A stretch of DNA of 64,000 bases from assembly GCA_020200155.1 (NCBI GenBank), contig JAIVJG010000160.1:130-64129 (forward strand). Reading direction: 5' to 3'. The notes beneath the pieces are model-generated. The model ran no database searches, was not told the DNA's origin, and saw nothing but the letters and a program-made list of their open reading frames with translations. Made by a program: the position numbers and the translations under genes. Source of the DNA: Acidobacteriota bacterium. Its GTDB lineage: Bacteria > Acidobacteriota > Blastocatellia > Pyrinomonadales > Pyrinomonadaceae. This document shows positions 45,030 to 53,960 of this stretch, piece after piece (position 1 is the first letter of the stretch; each line of letters opens with the position of its first letter).

Positions 45030-45908
45030 ATGCCGGATCAAGCCGTTATCAACAGCAGACGCACGGGGATCAACTGGTCTACCTGTATCACGATGGTCGT
45101 CTTCCACGCCGCGTCAATCGCCGCGCTCTTTATGTTCACATGGAAGGGGCTGGCGGCGGCGGCGCTGCTCTGGTGGATTTCGGGCAGCCTCGGCATCGGC
45201 ATGGGCTTCCACCGCCTGCTGACGCATCGCGGCTTCAAGACGCCGAAGTGGGTCGAATACTTCCTGACCATCTGCGGCATGCTCACGCTCGAAAGCGGCG
45301 CGATCAACTGGGTGGCGACGCACCGCATACACCATTCGCACACAGACGCCCCCGGCGACCCGCACACGCCGCGCGACGGCGCTTGGTGGGCGCACATCGG
45401 CTGGATTCTGACCGGCACCGCGCAGCAGCATGACGAAGCGATACTGCGCCGCTACACGCCCGATTTGATGAAGGACAAAGTCCACGTCTGGCTCAACAAG
45501 TGGTTTTACCTGCCGCTCGTCGTCGTCGGGGTGCTGCTCTTCGCGCTCGGTGGCTGGTCTCTTTTGATGTGGGGCATCTTCATGCGCGTGACGGTGGGCT
45601 GGCACGCCACATGGCTCGTCAACTCGGCGACGCACATGTGGGGCACGCGCCGCTTCGAGACGAACGAGGATTCGACGAACAACCCCGTCGTCGCGCTCCT
45701 CACCTTCGGCGAGGGCTGGCACAACAACCACCACGCGTATCCGAGGGCCGCGCGCCACGGCTTCGCATGGTACGAACTGGATGTTAACTGGATGGGGATT
45801 CGCGCGCTGCAACTCCTCGGACTGGCGCACGACATCAAGCTCTTTAAAGACGCGGAGCCGTCCGTCGAGGACGATGCGTCCGTCGGTATTCTTTCAAAAG
45901 CGGCTTAA
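45030..45908 (+). CDS. Membrane acyl-CoA/acyl-lipid delta-9-type fatty acid desaturase
   Basis: Three histidine boxes: HRLLTH, HRIHHSH and GEGWHNNHH. Confidence 0.9.
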   Translation: MPDQAVINSRRTGINWSTCITMVVFHAASIAALFMFTWKGLAAAALLWWISGSLGIGMGFHRLLTHRGFKTPKWVEYFLTICGMLTLESGAINWVATHRIHHSHTDAPGDPHTPRDGAWWAHIGWILTGTAQQHDEAILRRYTPDLMKDKVHVWLNKWFYLPLVVVGVLLFALGGWSLLMWGIFMRVTVGWHATWLVNSATHMWGTRRFETNEDSTNNPVVALLTFGEGWHNNHHAYPRAARHGFAWYELDVNWMGIRALQLLGLAHDIKLFKDAEPSVEDDASVGILSKAA

Positions 45909-46026
45909 AACTTCCGCGCCGGAATTTCACACAACGGGATGGTCGAGGCTTTGACCTTGTCCATCTCTCTTTTTTTTACGACCGCGCAGGTTATCGCCCT
46001 CCCGCTCTTTGCCTTATAATCCGGGC

Positions 46027-46935
46027 ATGCCCAGCAGCCGACGCAAATCCATCGTCTTCTTCATCACGCTCGGCTCCGTCCTCGTCTCGATTGCGGTCGC
46101 CCTCAACGTCACGTGGATTCTACTCAACTGGCAGAAGGTCGCGCTGCTCATCCTCGGCATCATTTTTTTCGTCCTCATCATCACCGGCCTGACGCTCAAC
46201 ACGATCTTTCTCGTCCGCGAGATACGTCGCAACGAGCAACACGACGCCTTCATCAACGCCGTCACGCACGAACTGAAAACCCCCATCGCCTCCATCCGTC
46301 TCTACCTCGAAACCTTGCAGACGCGCGAGGTGGACGAGGCGCAGCGCAGGCGGTTTTACGACGTGATGCTTGCCGACAGCGACCGCCTGCTGAACACGGT
46401 CGAGCAGGTTTTGCGCGCCGGGCGCGCGGGCCACGACGGGCGCAACCTCCAAACGTCCCTCATTGACGTGGGCGAGTTGGTCAAAGAGAGCATCTCGCTG
46501 GCGCGCTCGCGCTACAACCTCGAAGAAGGCTCGCTCCGCTATACGGAATCGCTCGACGGCGCGGCCCGCGTCAAGGTGCGCGGCGACCGGGACGATCTGC
46601 GCGCCGCAGTCCTGAACCTGCTCGACAACGCCGTCAAGTACTCGCACAAGGAGGTTGATGTCACAGTCGAGGTCGAAGCGACCGACGCGCGCAACGTGAT
46701 TGTGCGCGTCAGCGACCGTGGCATAGGCATCCGTCGCGAGCAGATCAAACGCATCTTCAAACGCTTCTATCGCGCGCCGGGCCGCGTCATGGCTCGCGTC
46801 AAGGGAACCGGCCTCGGCCTCTTCATCGTGCATTCGGTGGTCAAGAAACACGGCGGGCACGTTTACGCGGAGAGCGAGGGGCCGGGACGCGGCAGCACGT
46901 TCACGATTCTGCTTCCGAGGATTGAAGAGCGATGA
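46027..46935 (+). CDS. Sensor histidine kinase
   Basis: Two N-terminal TM segments, H-box HELKTPIASI, N-box LLDNAVKY, and G-boxes DRGIGI and GTGLGLFIV. Confidence 0.9.
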   Translation: MPSSRRKSIVFFITLGSVLVSIAVALNVTWILLNWQKVALLILGIIFFVLIITGLTLNTIFLVREIRRNEQHDAFINAVTHELKTPIASIRLYLETLQTREVDEAQRRRFYDVMLADSDRLLNTVEQVLRAGRAGHDGRNLQTSLIDVGELVKESISLARSRYNLEEGSLRYTESLDGAARVKVRGDRDDLRAAVLNLLDNAVKYSHKEVDVTVEVEATDARNVIVRVSDRGIGIRREQIKRIFKRFYRAPGRVMARVKGTGLGLFIVHSVVKKHGGHVYAESEGPGRGSTFTILLPRIEER

Positions 46936-47735
46936 ACGCAACGGTGCTGGTCGTCGAGGACGAAAAACATCTGGCCGACGGGCTGCGTTTTAACCTCGAA
47001 GCTGAAGGCTACATCGTGGAGACGGTCGCCGACGGCGAGTCGGCGCTGGGGTTGCTGCTCGACGAGTCATACAAATTCGACGCCGTCGTGCTGGACGTAA
47101 TGCTTCCCGGCATGGATGGCTTCGAGGTCGCGGCGCGGCTGCGCGAGGTGGGGCAATTTATCCCTGTGCTGATGCTGACGGCGCGCGGTCGCCCCGAAGA
47201 CGTGCTGCACGGCTTCGAGTCCGGCGCGGACGACTATCTCCCCAAACCCTTCGAGCTGGCGATTCTCATCGCACGCCTGCGCGGACTGCTCCGTCGCCGC
47301 GATTGGCTCCGCCACGATTCCGAAAACCTGCGCGCCGCGTCAACGCAAGGTCAGACGATGAACGCCGACTCGCAACTCACTTCACGACAAGACGAAACGC
47401 ATGCTGATGCGACCAACGATCTTTTTGTCTTTGACGGCAAGACGATTGACTTCGGTGCGTTGGAGTTGCGCGTCGGCGAGCGGCGCGTGCGATTGACGCT
47501 GATGGAGGCGGAGCTTTTAAGATACCTGATCCGTCACGCGGGCCGCGCCGTCTCGCGCAAGGCGATGCTCGAAGACGTGTGGAATCTGAGCGAGGACACA
47601 GACACGCGCGCCATAGACAACTTCATCGTGCGCCTGCGGAAGTACATCGAAGACGAGCCGTCCAAACCCCGCCACCTGCTCACAGTCCGCAGCGTCGGCT
47701 ATCGCTTCGTCGCCACCCCGACGAATGAAAGATAG
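46932..47735 (+). CDS. OmpR-family response regulator (long inter-domain linker)
   Basis: The receiver has VLDVMLPGMDG and KPF. The C-terminal winged helix is LTLMEAELLRYL...TVRSVGYRF. The start is an ATGA overlap with the kinase gene. Confidence 0.9.
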   Translation: MNATVLVVEDEKHLADGLRFNLEAEGYIVETVADGESALGLLLDESYKFDAVVLDVMLPGMDGFEVAARLREVGQFIPVLMLTARGRPEDVLHGFESGADDYLPKPFELAILIARLRGLLRRRDWLRHDSENLRAASTQGQTMNADSQLTSRQDETHADATNDLFVFDGKTIDFGALELRVGERRVRLTLMEAELLRYLIRHAGRAVSRKAMLEDVWNLSEDTDTRAIDNFIVRLRKYIEDEPSKPRHLLTVRSVGYRFVATPTNER

Positions 47736-47776
47736 GCAGGAGCACGCCCTTTAAGATTGTCGCTTGCGCGGCGTCT

Positions 47777-49585
47777 CTATTTTTCGAGATACATCTTCGC
47801 GGCCATCTTCGCCAGCTTCCACATCTTGCCCCACTCGATGCGCCCCTCCGCGTTATCGCGCCCGGTGATTTTATCCACGATCAGCCGTCGAAAATGTTTG
47901 CCCTCACGCTTGAGCATGAACTCTTTGGCGAAAGGCTTGGCTGTGTCGAAGAAGCTGAACTCCGGGTCGGTGACGAGGCCGATGCCTTCCAGCGTCATCA
48001 GCGCGCGGATGATGTAAGTAAAATTCGAGGGCAGGCGGAACGGGTAGTCGTACATCACTTCCGCGAGATCGTAGGTCAATTCTTTGAAGTTGACCTCGCC
48101 GAGCTTGAGGTTGAGATAGTGCTGGAACAGCCCTTCGACGACGGGACGTACCTTGTCGGGATCAACGCCGGGCTTCAGGAATTTGAGATTAATCAAGTCC
48201 TGCGCAAGCCCCTGCACGTCGCGCCCGACGACGTGGAAGAAGGCGTCAATCATCTGCGACTGAAGCTGCGGCGCAATTCTGCCCGTCATCCCGAAATCGA
48301 GGAAGACGAGATGCCCGCTGTCCATCACGAGCAGGTTGCCGGGGTGCGGGTCTGCGTGAAAGAAACCATCTTCGAGCAACTGCTTGAGGTACGCGTGCAC
48401 GAGCAGGCGATTGACTTTGACCGGAGAGATGCGTCGAGCCTGCAAGCCTTCGATGTCCACGACCTTCGTGCCGCGTATGAACTCCATCGTCAGCACGCGT
48501 GTCGTCGTGTGCGTCCAGTAGATGCGCGGCACGTAGACGGGTTTCCAGTCGCGAAAATTCTGGCGGAAGCGCTCGGCGTTGCGGCCCTCCCGCACGTAAT
48601 CAATCTCTTCGGCGACCGTCTCGCGAAACTCGCGGAGCATGCCCTCCCAATCGGCGTTCTCCGTCGCGGCGGGAAAGCGCGAGATGAAGCGCACGATGCG
48701 TTGGAGGACGGAGATGTCGAACTGAAGCGTCTCGCGCAAATCGGGGCGCTGGACTTTGACCGCGACTTCCTGCCCCGTGTGCAGCCGCGCTCGATAAACT
48801 TGTCCGAGCGAGGCGGCGGCAATCGGCTCGGCGTCAATCTCCGCGAAGGCTTCCTGTAGGCTCACTCCGAGTTCGCGCTCGACGCACGCGTAAGCCTCTG
48901 CGGTCGGGAAAGGCGGCACTTGATCCTGCAAGGTGGAAAGCTCTTTGACGTAAGGCAACGGCAGGAGGTCTGCGCGCGTGCCGAGCGACTGGCCGATCTT
49001 GATAAACGTCGGGCCGAGCGCGATCAGATTTTTCCTCAGCCAGACAGACTGCTTCCGCAGGCGGGCTTCTTTGCCCTCCGTCCCTTCCCCGCCGCGAAAG
49101 ACGGAGAGGCGCACGAGTCGAATCAACTTGTCGAGTGCGTGGCGGTCTACGTCGCGGCTCCACTCCTGAAAAAGTGCGACGCGCCCGCGCGCCCGCGCCT
49201 CTTCGCGCCTGCGTTCGGCCATGCGCCGTGTGAATTTGTAGCGCACGTCGTAGTCGTTCAGGAAAAGATAGAGAGCCATCGTGCCGAGCACGCGCACGAT
49301 CTCAAACGTCCGCAGCCAACCGCGCCAGCCGCGAGCCTCAAACGCGCCCAACTCGCTCGCCGGAATCTCAGGCTGGACAGTGGCGGCTCGCGCCTTGGAA
49401 GACAATGAGAGCGCGTGTCCTTGACCGTTCTCAGTGCCCGCAGCCCGCCCGTTTTCAGTCTTCACCAGCGCCAGAGCAGTCTTCGATCCCCCGTCGCGGC
49501 TGTTTCCGCCGTGGCCGTTCGGCTGTTCGCGCCCCGCCGCACCGGGCAGGAATTCTCTTTCCAATTCTTTTAGTTCGGTAGCCAT
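47777..49585 (-). CDS. ABC1/UbiB-family atypical kinase
   Basis: ..[49 protein letters not shown].. motifs. The start is taken at MATELKELE (49585). Confidence 0.88.
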   Translation of the reverse strand: MATELKELEREFLPGAAGREQPNGHGGNSRDGGSKTALALVKTENGRAAGTENGQGHALSLSSKARAATVQPEIPASELGAFEARGWRGWLRTFEIVRVLGTMALYLFLNDYDVRYKFTRRMAERRREEARARGRVALFQEWSRDVDRHALDKLIRLVRLSVFRGGEGTEGKEARLRKQSVWLRKNLIALGPTFIKIGQSLGTRADLLPLPYVKELSTLQDQVPPFPTAEAYACVERELGVSLQEAFAEIDAEPIAAASLGQVYRARLHTGQEVAVKVQRPDLRETLQFDISVLQRIVRFISRFPAATENADWEGMLREFRETVAEEIDYVREGRNAERFRQNFRDWKPVYVPRIYWTHTTTRVLTMEFIRGTKVVDIEGLQARRISPVKVNRLLVHAYLKQLLEDGFFHADPHPGNLLVMDSGHLVFLDFGMTGRIAPQLQSQMIDAFFHVVGRDVQGLAQDLINLKFLKPGVDPDKVRPVVEGLFQHYLNLKLGEVNFKELTYDLAEVMYDYPFRLPSNFTYIIRALMTLEGIGLVTDPEFSFFDTAKPFAKEFMLKREGKHFRRLIVDKITGRDNAEGRIEWGKMWKLAKMAAKMYLEK

Positions 49586-49634
49586 GATGTCGTTCAATAA
49601 AGTACCCGGAAGATGTCGCAATCCTGTCTCACAT

Positions 49635-49714
49635 AGTTCAAGGTTCAAAGTTCAAAGTTAGGGAACGGAGTCATGTTCTTCAGACTTTGAATTTTGAACC
49701 TTGAACTTTGAACT
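49635..49714. repeat. Heptamer-built palindromic element (copy f)
   Basis: AGTTCAA GGTTCAA AGTTCAA AGT (49635-49658) pairs 23/24 with ACTTTGAATTTTGAACCTTGAACT (49684-49707). The loop is 25 nt and an extra TTGAACT word follows. It starts 6 nt after the ribF stop on the minus strand. Confidence 0.85.
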
Positions 49715-49719
49715 CGCAT

Positions 49720-50673
49720 TCAGACGACGGCCAGCGAGCGACGCACACACTCCCTCTCGAAATAGCACGCGGCGCGCTCCACGTCCCTGTCAATCTGCCG
49801 CTTCAACTCGTCCACCGACGCGAACCTGCGCTCGTCGCGCAATCGTCGCAGGAAGCGCACGCGTATCACGTCGCCGTATAAATCCCCGCTCCAATCCATT
49901 ACGAACGTCTCGACCGAAGGTTCGGCCTCATTTTCAAACGTCGGGCGCACGCCGATGTTGGTCATGCTGCGCCGCCATTCGCCCCCGATCAAAGTCGCCG
50001 TCACGTAAACTCCACGCCGGGGTATGACGCGATTCAGGGGCCGGAGGTTCGCCGTCGGAAAGCCTATCGTGCGCCCGCGCTCCGCCCCGCGCACGACACG
50101 GCCCTCGACGCCGTAAGGGCGTCCGAGCATGCGCCGCGCGAGATTCACACGCCCCTCTGAAAGCAATTCGCGGACGCGGCTTGAACTGATCCGCTGGCCG
50201 CGCAGGCGCACCTCCGGCACTTCGTCGGCGAAGAAGCCGAGCCGCTCGCTGACGCGTCTCAACAGTTCGATGTTGCCCTCGCGTTCGTGGCCGAAAGCGA
50301 AGCCGCGCCCCAGATAGACCTCCTTCGCCTGAAGGCGTTCACGCACCACGTCGCGCAAAAACTCCTCTGCGCGCACCTGCGCGAACTGCCGTGTGAAGCG
50401 CACGACGATGGCCTGCTCGATGCCGAGCAAGCCGAATGCCTCGACCTTCTGGTCGAAGGTCTGCAAAAGCGGCGGCGCGGATTCCGGGTGCAGGACGGCG
50501 CGCGGGTGCGGGTCGAAAGTTATGACGGTCGGCACCGCGCCCAGCGCACGCGCGCGTTCGACGACCGTCCGCATCACCAGTTGATGGCCGAGGTGCAGCC
50601 CGTCGAAGACGCCGAGCGTCAGTACCGTCGGTCGCGCAATCTCCGCGTTGTCAGCTCCATGAAAAAGACGCAT
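49720..50673 (-). CDS. ribF: Bifunctional riboflavin kinase / FMN adenylyltransferase
   Basis: MRLFHGADN..TLGVFDGLHLGHQ.. is followed by a C-terminal riboflavin kinase domain (..GFPTANL..GVY..). Confidence 0.92.
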   Translation of the reverse strand: MRLFHGADNAEIARPTVLTLGVFDGLHLGHQLVMRTVVERARALGAVPTVITFDPHPRAVLHPESAPPLLQTFDQKVEAFGLLGIEQAIVVRFTRQFAQVRAEEFLRDVVRERLQAKEVYLGRGFAFGHEREGNIELLRRVSERLGFFADEVPEVRLRGQRISSSRVRELLSEGRVNLARRMLGRPYGVEGRVVRGAERGRTIGFPTANLRPLNRVIPRRGVYVTATLIGGEWRRSMTNIGVRPTFENEAEPSVETFVMDWSGDLYGDVIRVRFLRRLRDERRFASVDELKRQIDRDVERAACYFERECVRRSLAVV

Positions 50674-50680
50674 AACAAAT

Positions 50681-50755
50681 AAGGGATGAGGGATGAAGAA
50701 TAAGGGATGAAAAGAGTGCATCCCGTTTCATTCATCCCTCATCCCTCATCCCTCG
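50681..50755. repeat. Heptamer-built palindromic element (copy g)
   Basis: AAGGGAT GAGGGAT GAAGAAT AAGGGAT GAAAAGA faces TTTCATTCATCCCTCATCCCTCATCCCTCG. 50682-50696 pairs perfectly with 50732-50746 (15 bp). There is an inner GGGATG/CATCCC hairpin. The 3' arm supplies the stop of the MBL gene. Confidence 0.85.
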
Positions 50756-51510
50756 ATTACCATTCCGTCGTAGCCGAACTGGACGCCTGCGGGCAAGAGC
50801 GCGGAGTCGCGCTCGTGTTTGAAGTCGTGCGCGATGTGCGTCAGGAAGGTGCGGCGCGGGCGCAACTCTTCGACGTAGGCGAGTGCCGTCTCAAGGTACA
50901 GGTGCGTCGGATGGGGCTTGACGCGCAGGCAGTCGAGGACGAGCACGTCGAGGCCGCGCAGTTGTTCCAGAGTCTCCGGCGGAATCTTGCTCAGGTCTGT
51001 CGCGTAGGCGAAGTCGTTGATGCGATAGGCGACGACGGGGAGACGACCGTGAATCACTTCGAGCGGTGTGACGTGAAAGTCAGGGCTGAGGTCGAAAGGC
51101 GCGGAGGCGACGACCGTGTGCGCGACGACTTGCGGCAACCCGCCGCCGTAGTGCGTCGGCTCGAAGATGTATTGAAAGATGTGGCGAATGTCGCGCCAGG
51201 CGCGTTCGTTGGCGTAGACGCCGAGCGCGCCGTGGCGAAAGTTGAGAGGGCGTATGTCGTCGAGGCCGAAGATGTGGTCTGCGTGGCAGTGCGTGATGAG
51301 CACGGCGTCGAGATGGCGTAGGCCCTGACGAAGTGCCTGCTGGCGAAAGTCGGAAGAGGTATCAATGAGCACCGTCTGCCCGTCATGCTCGACGAGCACG
51401 GAGACGCGCAGGCGTTTGTCGCGTGGGTCGTCCGAGGTGCACGTCTCGCAATCGCAACCGATGGACGGCACGCCCGTCGAAGTCCCTGTGCCGAGGAGTG
51501 TGAATTTCAT
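50746..51510 (-). CDS. MBL-fold metallo-hydrolase
   Basis: 254 aa with the HCHADH motif (HxHxDH) and the typical beta-lactamase-fold order of metal ligands. Confidence 0.85.
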   Translation of the reverse strand: MKFTLLGTGTSTGVPSIGCDCETCTSDDPRDKRLRVSVLVEHDGQTVLIDTSSDFRQQALRQGLRHLDAVLITHCHADHIFGLDDIRPLNFRHGALGVYANERAWRDIRHIFQYIFEPTHYGGGLPQVVAHTVVASAPFDLSPDFHVTPLEVIHGRLPVVAYRINDFAYATDLSKIPPETLEQLRGLDVLVLDCLRVKPHPTHLYLETALAYVEELRPRRTFLTHIAHDFKHERDSALLPAGVQFGYDGMVIEG

Positions 51511-51514
51511 TGCC

Positions 51515-51595
51515 GGTAAATGGTGAATGGTAGATAGTGAATGGTGAAAGACAGTTCATGTCCATTCGCCATTTACCATTCACCAGCATTTCACC
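51515..51595. repeat. Heptamer-built palindromic element (copy h)
   Basis: GGTAAAT GGTGAAT GGTAGAT AGTGAAT GGTGAAA G faces CCATTCGCCATTTACCATTCACCAGCATTTCACC. The stem is about 24 bp including G.U pairs. It shares words with copy c. Confidence 0.85.
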
Positions 51596-52202
51596 TTCCG
51601 CCCGTGATGTCGCTGCCGGAGAAGCCGCGTGGGCCGGGCGAGACGACACCGCCGCGCGAACCGCTCGTCAGCGAGACGTACTGCATACGCAGTTGCGAGA
51701 GTATCAACTCGAAGAACTGCTGCTCTTCGGCGTTGAGGTTGTTGCGCGTCTTCTTTTGCAGCGTGCCGAGCATGTCTATGCACTGCTTGGCGAGCGGGAG
51801 ATTGACTTCGCGACCGACCGCGCCTGGATGATTCACGAGGCCAAGCGCGTCCGCCGCGAAAGATGCGATGAACTCCACGACCATGAGGAATTCCTGCGGG
51901 TCGTCGTCCTCTTCTTCGGCGGGCGTCGCGGCGGGGGGCGCAGGCTCAGCATGAGCGACGCCGCGCACGGCGGTCGGCGACGGCACAGTCTGGTCTGCTG
52001 ACGATGGCGTCGCGGCGGAAGTGTGCGCGGCCTCAGGCTCGGAGCCTTCCGTACCGGAGGCGGGTGCAGGCGCGCTTTCGACGGCGGCTTCAGGCTCCTG
52101 CGTCGTCGCCGGTTCCGCTTCGCGCACGATGTCGCGCGGCGTGCCGTCTGTGTTGAAGAGGCGGCGGTCTGTGACTTTGAAAGTGGGTTTTTCTTCGCTC
52201 AT
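51591..52202 (-). CDS. DUF1844-like acidic hypothetical protein
   Basis: [20 protein letters not shown]..; an acidic Ala/Pro/Thr/Glu-rich linker; a conserved-looking C-terminal half ([19 protein letters not shown]..). Confidence 0.6.
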   Translation of the reverse strand: MSEEKPTFKVTDRRLFNTDGTPRDIVREAEPATTQEPEAAVESAPAPASGTEGSEPEAAHTSAATPSSADQTVPSPTAVRGVAHAEPAPPAATPAEEEDDDPQEFLMVVEFIASFAADALGLVNHPGAVGREVNLPLAKQCIDMLGTLQKKTRNNLNAEEQQFFELILSQLRMQYVSLTSGSRGGVVSPGPRGFSGSDITGGR

Positions 52203-52403
52203 GTTGATATACAAACGTCCTGCCACGCGCGGCGGGCCGGACACCAGACGAGTTCAGTTTCAGAGTTTCGCTTGCGGACGGATGGTAGCACCTGCCTTGT
52301 TGGAGTCTCAAGTGCGGACACATCGGCGCTCCACTCAGGGCTGCGACCGGCAGGCAAAGCTTTTGACTTGAGACTTCAGGCTCCGGACTTTAGACTGTCC
52401 GGC

Positions 52404-53237
52404 ATGCCGGTAAACTTTAACGATCTCGTCGCCTTGATGACGCGGCTGCGCTCGCCCGAAGGCTGCCCCTGGGATCGCGAACAGACCTACGCAAGCCTCG
52501 CCCCGATGTTGCTGGAAGAAGCATACGAAGCCTTCGAGGCTGTCGAGGCGGCCCGCGCGGGCCGCCCCTCGGAGTTGCGCGACGAACTCGGCGACCTGCT
52601 CTTCCAGATCGTCTTCTACTCGCAACTCGCAGAGGAACGCGGCGACTTCACGATTGGCGATGTCGTAGAGGCGATTCACGTCAAGATGGTGCGCCGCCAT
52701 CCGCACGTCTTCGGCGACGTGCGTGTGCGCGACAACGAAGAACTTCTACGCAACTGGGAGACGATGAAAGCCGAAGAGAAACGCGTGGCGGGCAAAGAGG
52801 CGGGCGACGGCTCGTCGCTGCTCGAAGGCGTCTCGGCGAAAGCGCCCGCGCTGATGGAGGCGCATCAACTGACGACGAAGGCGGCGCGCGTCGGCTTTGA
52901 CTGGCAGCGTCTCGAAGACATCTTCGATAAGCTTCAGGAGGAGATTGAAGAACTCCGCGCCGCCATTCGTGAGCGCGCCGAAATGGGCGCGAACGGCGAG
53001 GAGGAAGACGCGCACGTGCGCGAGGAGGTCGGCGACCTGCTCTTCGTCGTAACGAACGTCGCACGCCACTTACGCGTCGAACCGGAAGCCGCGCTGAAGC
53101 TCACCAACCGCAAGTTTCGCCGCCGCTTCCGCCACATCGAACAGGGACTCAAGGCGCGCGGGCGCACGCTCGACGCCGCGACGCTCGACGAGATGGAAGA
53201 GTTGTGGCAGGAGGCGAAAAAAAACAGTGGCGAGTGA
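52404..53237 (+). CDS. mazG: Nucleoside triphosphate pyrophosphohydrolase MazG
   Basis: [34 protein letters not shown] plus a second [15 protein letters not shown] repeat (tandem MazG domains). Confidence 0.9.
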   Translation: MPVNFNDLVALMTRLRSPEGCPWDREQTYASLAPMLLEEAYEAFEAVEAARAGRPSELRDELGDLLFQIVFYSQLAEERGDFTIGDVVEAIHVKMVRRHPHVFGDVRVRDNEELLRNWETMKAEEKRVAGKEAGDGSSLLEGVSAKAPALMEAHQLTTKAARVGFDWQRLEDIFDKLQEEIEELRAAIRERAEMGANGEEEDAHVREEVGDLLFVVTNVARHLRVEPEAALKLTNRKFRRRFRHIEQGLKARGRTLDAATLDEMEELWQEAKKNSGE

Positions 53238-53299
53238 TAAGAGGCAGGTGAAGGAACGTTTTTATCCTGCCTCCTGTCACCATTGTTGGAGGCTTTCGT

Positions 53300-53515
53300 A
53301 TGGAGAAAATCGAGTCGGTCAACAATCACGACGACCTTTCGAGTGATCGCGTCTGCGCGGCGTGTCATGCGAAAGTCGGCAAAGCTAAATTCTGTCCTGA
53401 GTGCGCGACGCCGATTGAGCCACCGCGTCCGACCTGTGAGGGTTGCGGCCACCAGCCTGAAGGGACGCCGAAGTTCTGCCCCGAATGCGGAGCGCAAATG
53501 TCCGAGACGAGTTGA
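53300..53515 (+). CDS. Double zinc-ribbon small protein
   Basis: 71 aa with GGAGG 7 nt upstream. It has CxxC...CPEC repeated twice (CAAC..CPEC, CEGC..CPEC). Confidence 0.6.
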   Translation: MEKIESVNNHDDLSSDRVCAACHAKVGKAKFCPECATPIEPPRPTCEGCGHQPEGTPKFCPECGAQMSETS

Positions 53516-53611
53516 GCGCGCACGAAATTTCGTGTTCTGGAATCAGCATGAAAATGAGCAGGCGACACAACACCCGGCCATTTTTCTATTCCCGTTGCCG
53601 AGAGCGCATGC

Positions 53612-53860
53612 CTACTCCAACTCGTTCATCTCCCGTTCGAGCACGACGAGCGTGCGCTTGAGCATCTCGCGGTGGGCGCTGCCGTTCGCGCGCTCCAATT
53701 GTTCGAGTGTGCGTGCGCGTGCCATCCTGAGAGAGTCAAGCCGCTCGCGGCGGGCGCGGACGGCGGGCGACACCTCGAAAGGCACAGGCTCCGCCAACTG
53801 GCGCGCGTCGGATTCCTCCATCTGCGCCTCGACCGCTTTGCTCTCCCAGCCTCTCGCCAT
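53612..53860 (-). CDS. Small hypothetical protein (82 aa, MARGWESK N-terminus)
   Basis: Internal start of ORF 53612..53923. It reads as a charged helical protein. I cannot name a family with confidence. Confidence 0.45.
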   Translation of the reverse strand: MARGWESKAVEAQMEESDARQLAEPVPFEVSPAVRARRERLDSLRMARARTLEQLERANGSAHREMLKRTLVVLEREMNELE

Positions 53861-53960
53861 AAAACGACTCACCTCCTGCGCGTGCACAAAAGCGAAAGGC
53901 CCGCCTCCACAGGTCAGGCCCATCGCTTCAGTTCAGAATCAACGGGCAAGCCCGCTTGCC

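Noticed and set aside
45937-45980. Rho-independent terminator after the desaturase gene (weak GATGG/CCATC stem plus a T8 run)
   Set aside because: The stem is only about 5 bp with mismatches. The T-run alone is insufficient, so I did not list it as a feature.
52237-52400. Period-7 words (GACTTGA GACTTCA .. GACTTTA GACTGTC), with AGTCTCAAGT/ACTTGAGACT and CCGGACA/TGTCCGG complementary blocks, between the DUF1844-like gene and mazG
   Set aside because: The complementary blocks are in crossed (non-nested) order, the spacing is about 55-150 nt and only one arm is clearly periodic. This is not convincing as a member of the heptamer-palindrome family. It may be promoter-region structure.
53521-53534. 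Perfect 14-nt palindrome CACGAAATTTCGTG after the zinc-ribbon gene
   Set aside because: It is a single occurrence. It is too short to assign as a terminator (no real loop or U-tract) or as an operator without comparative data.
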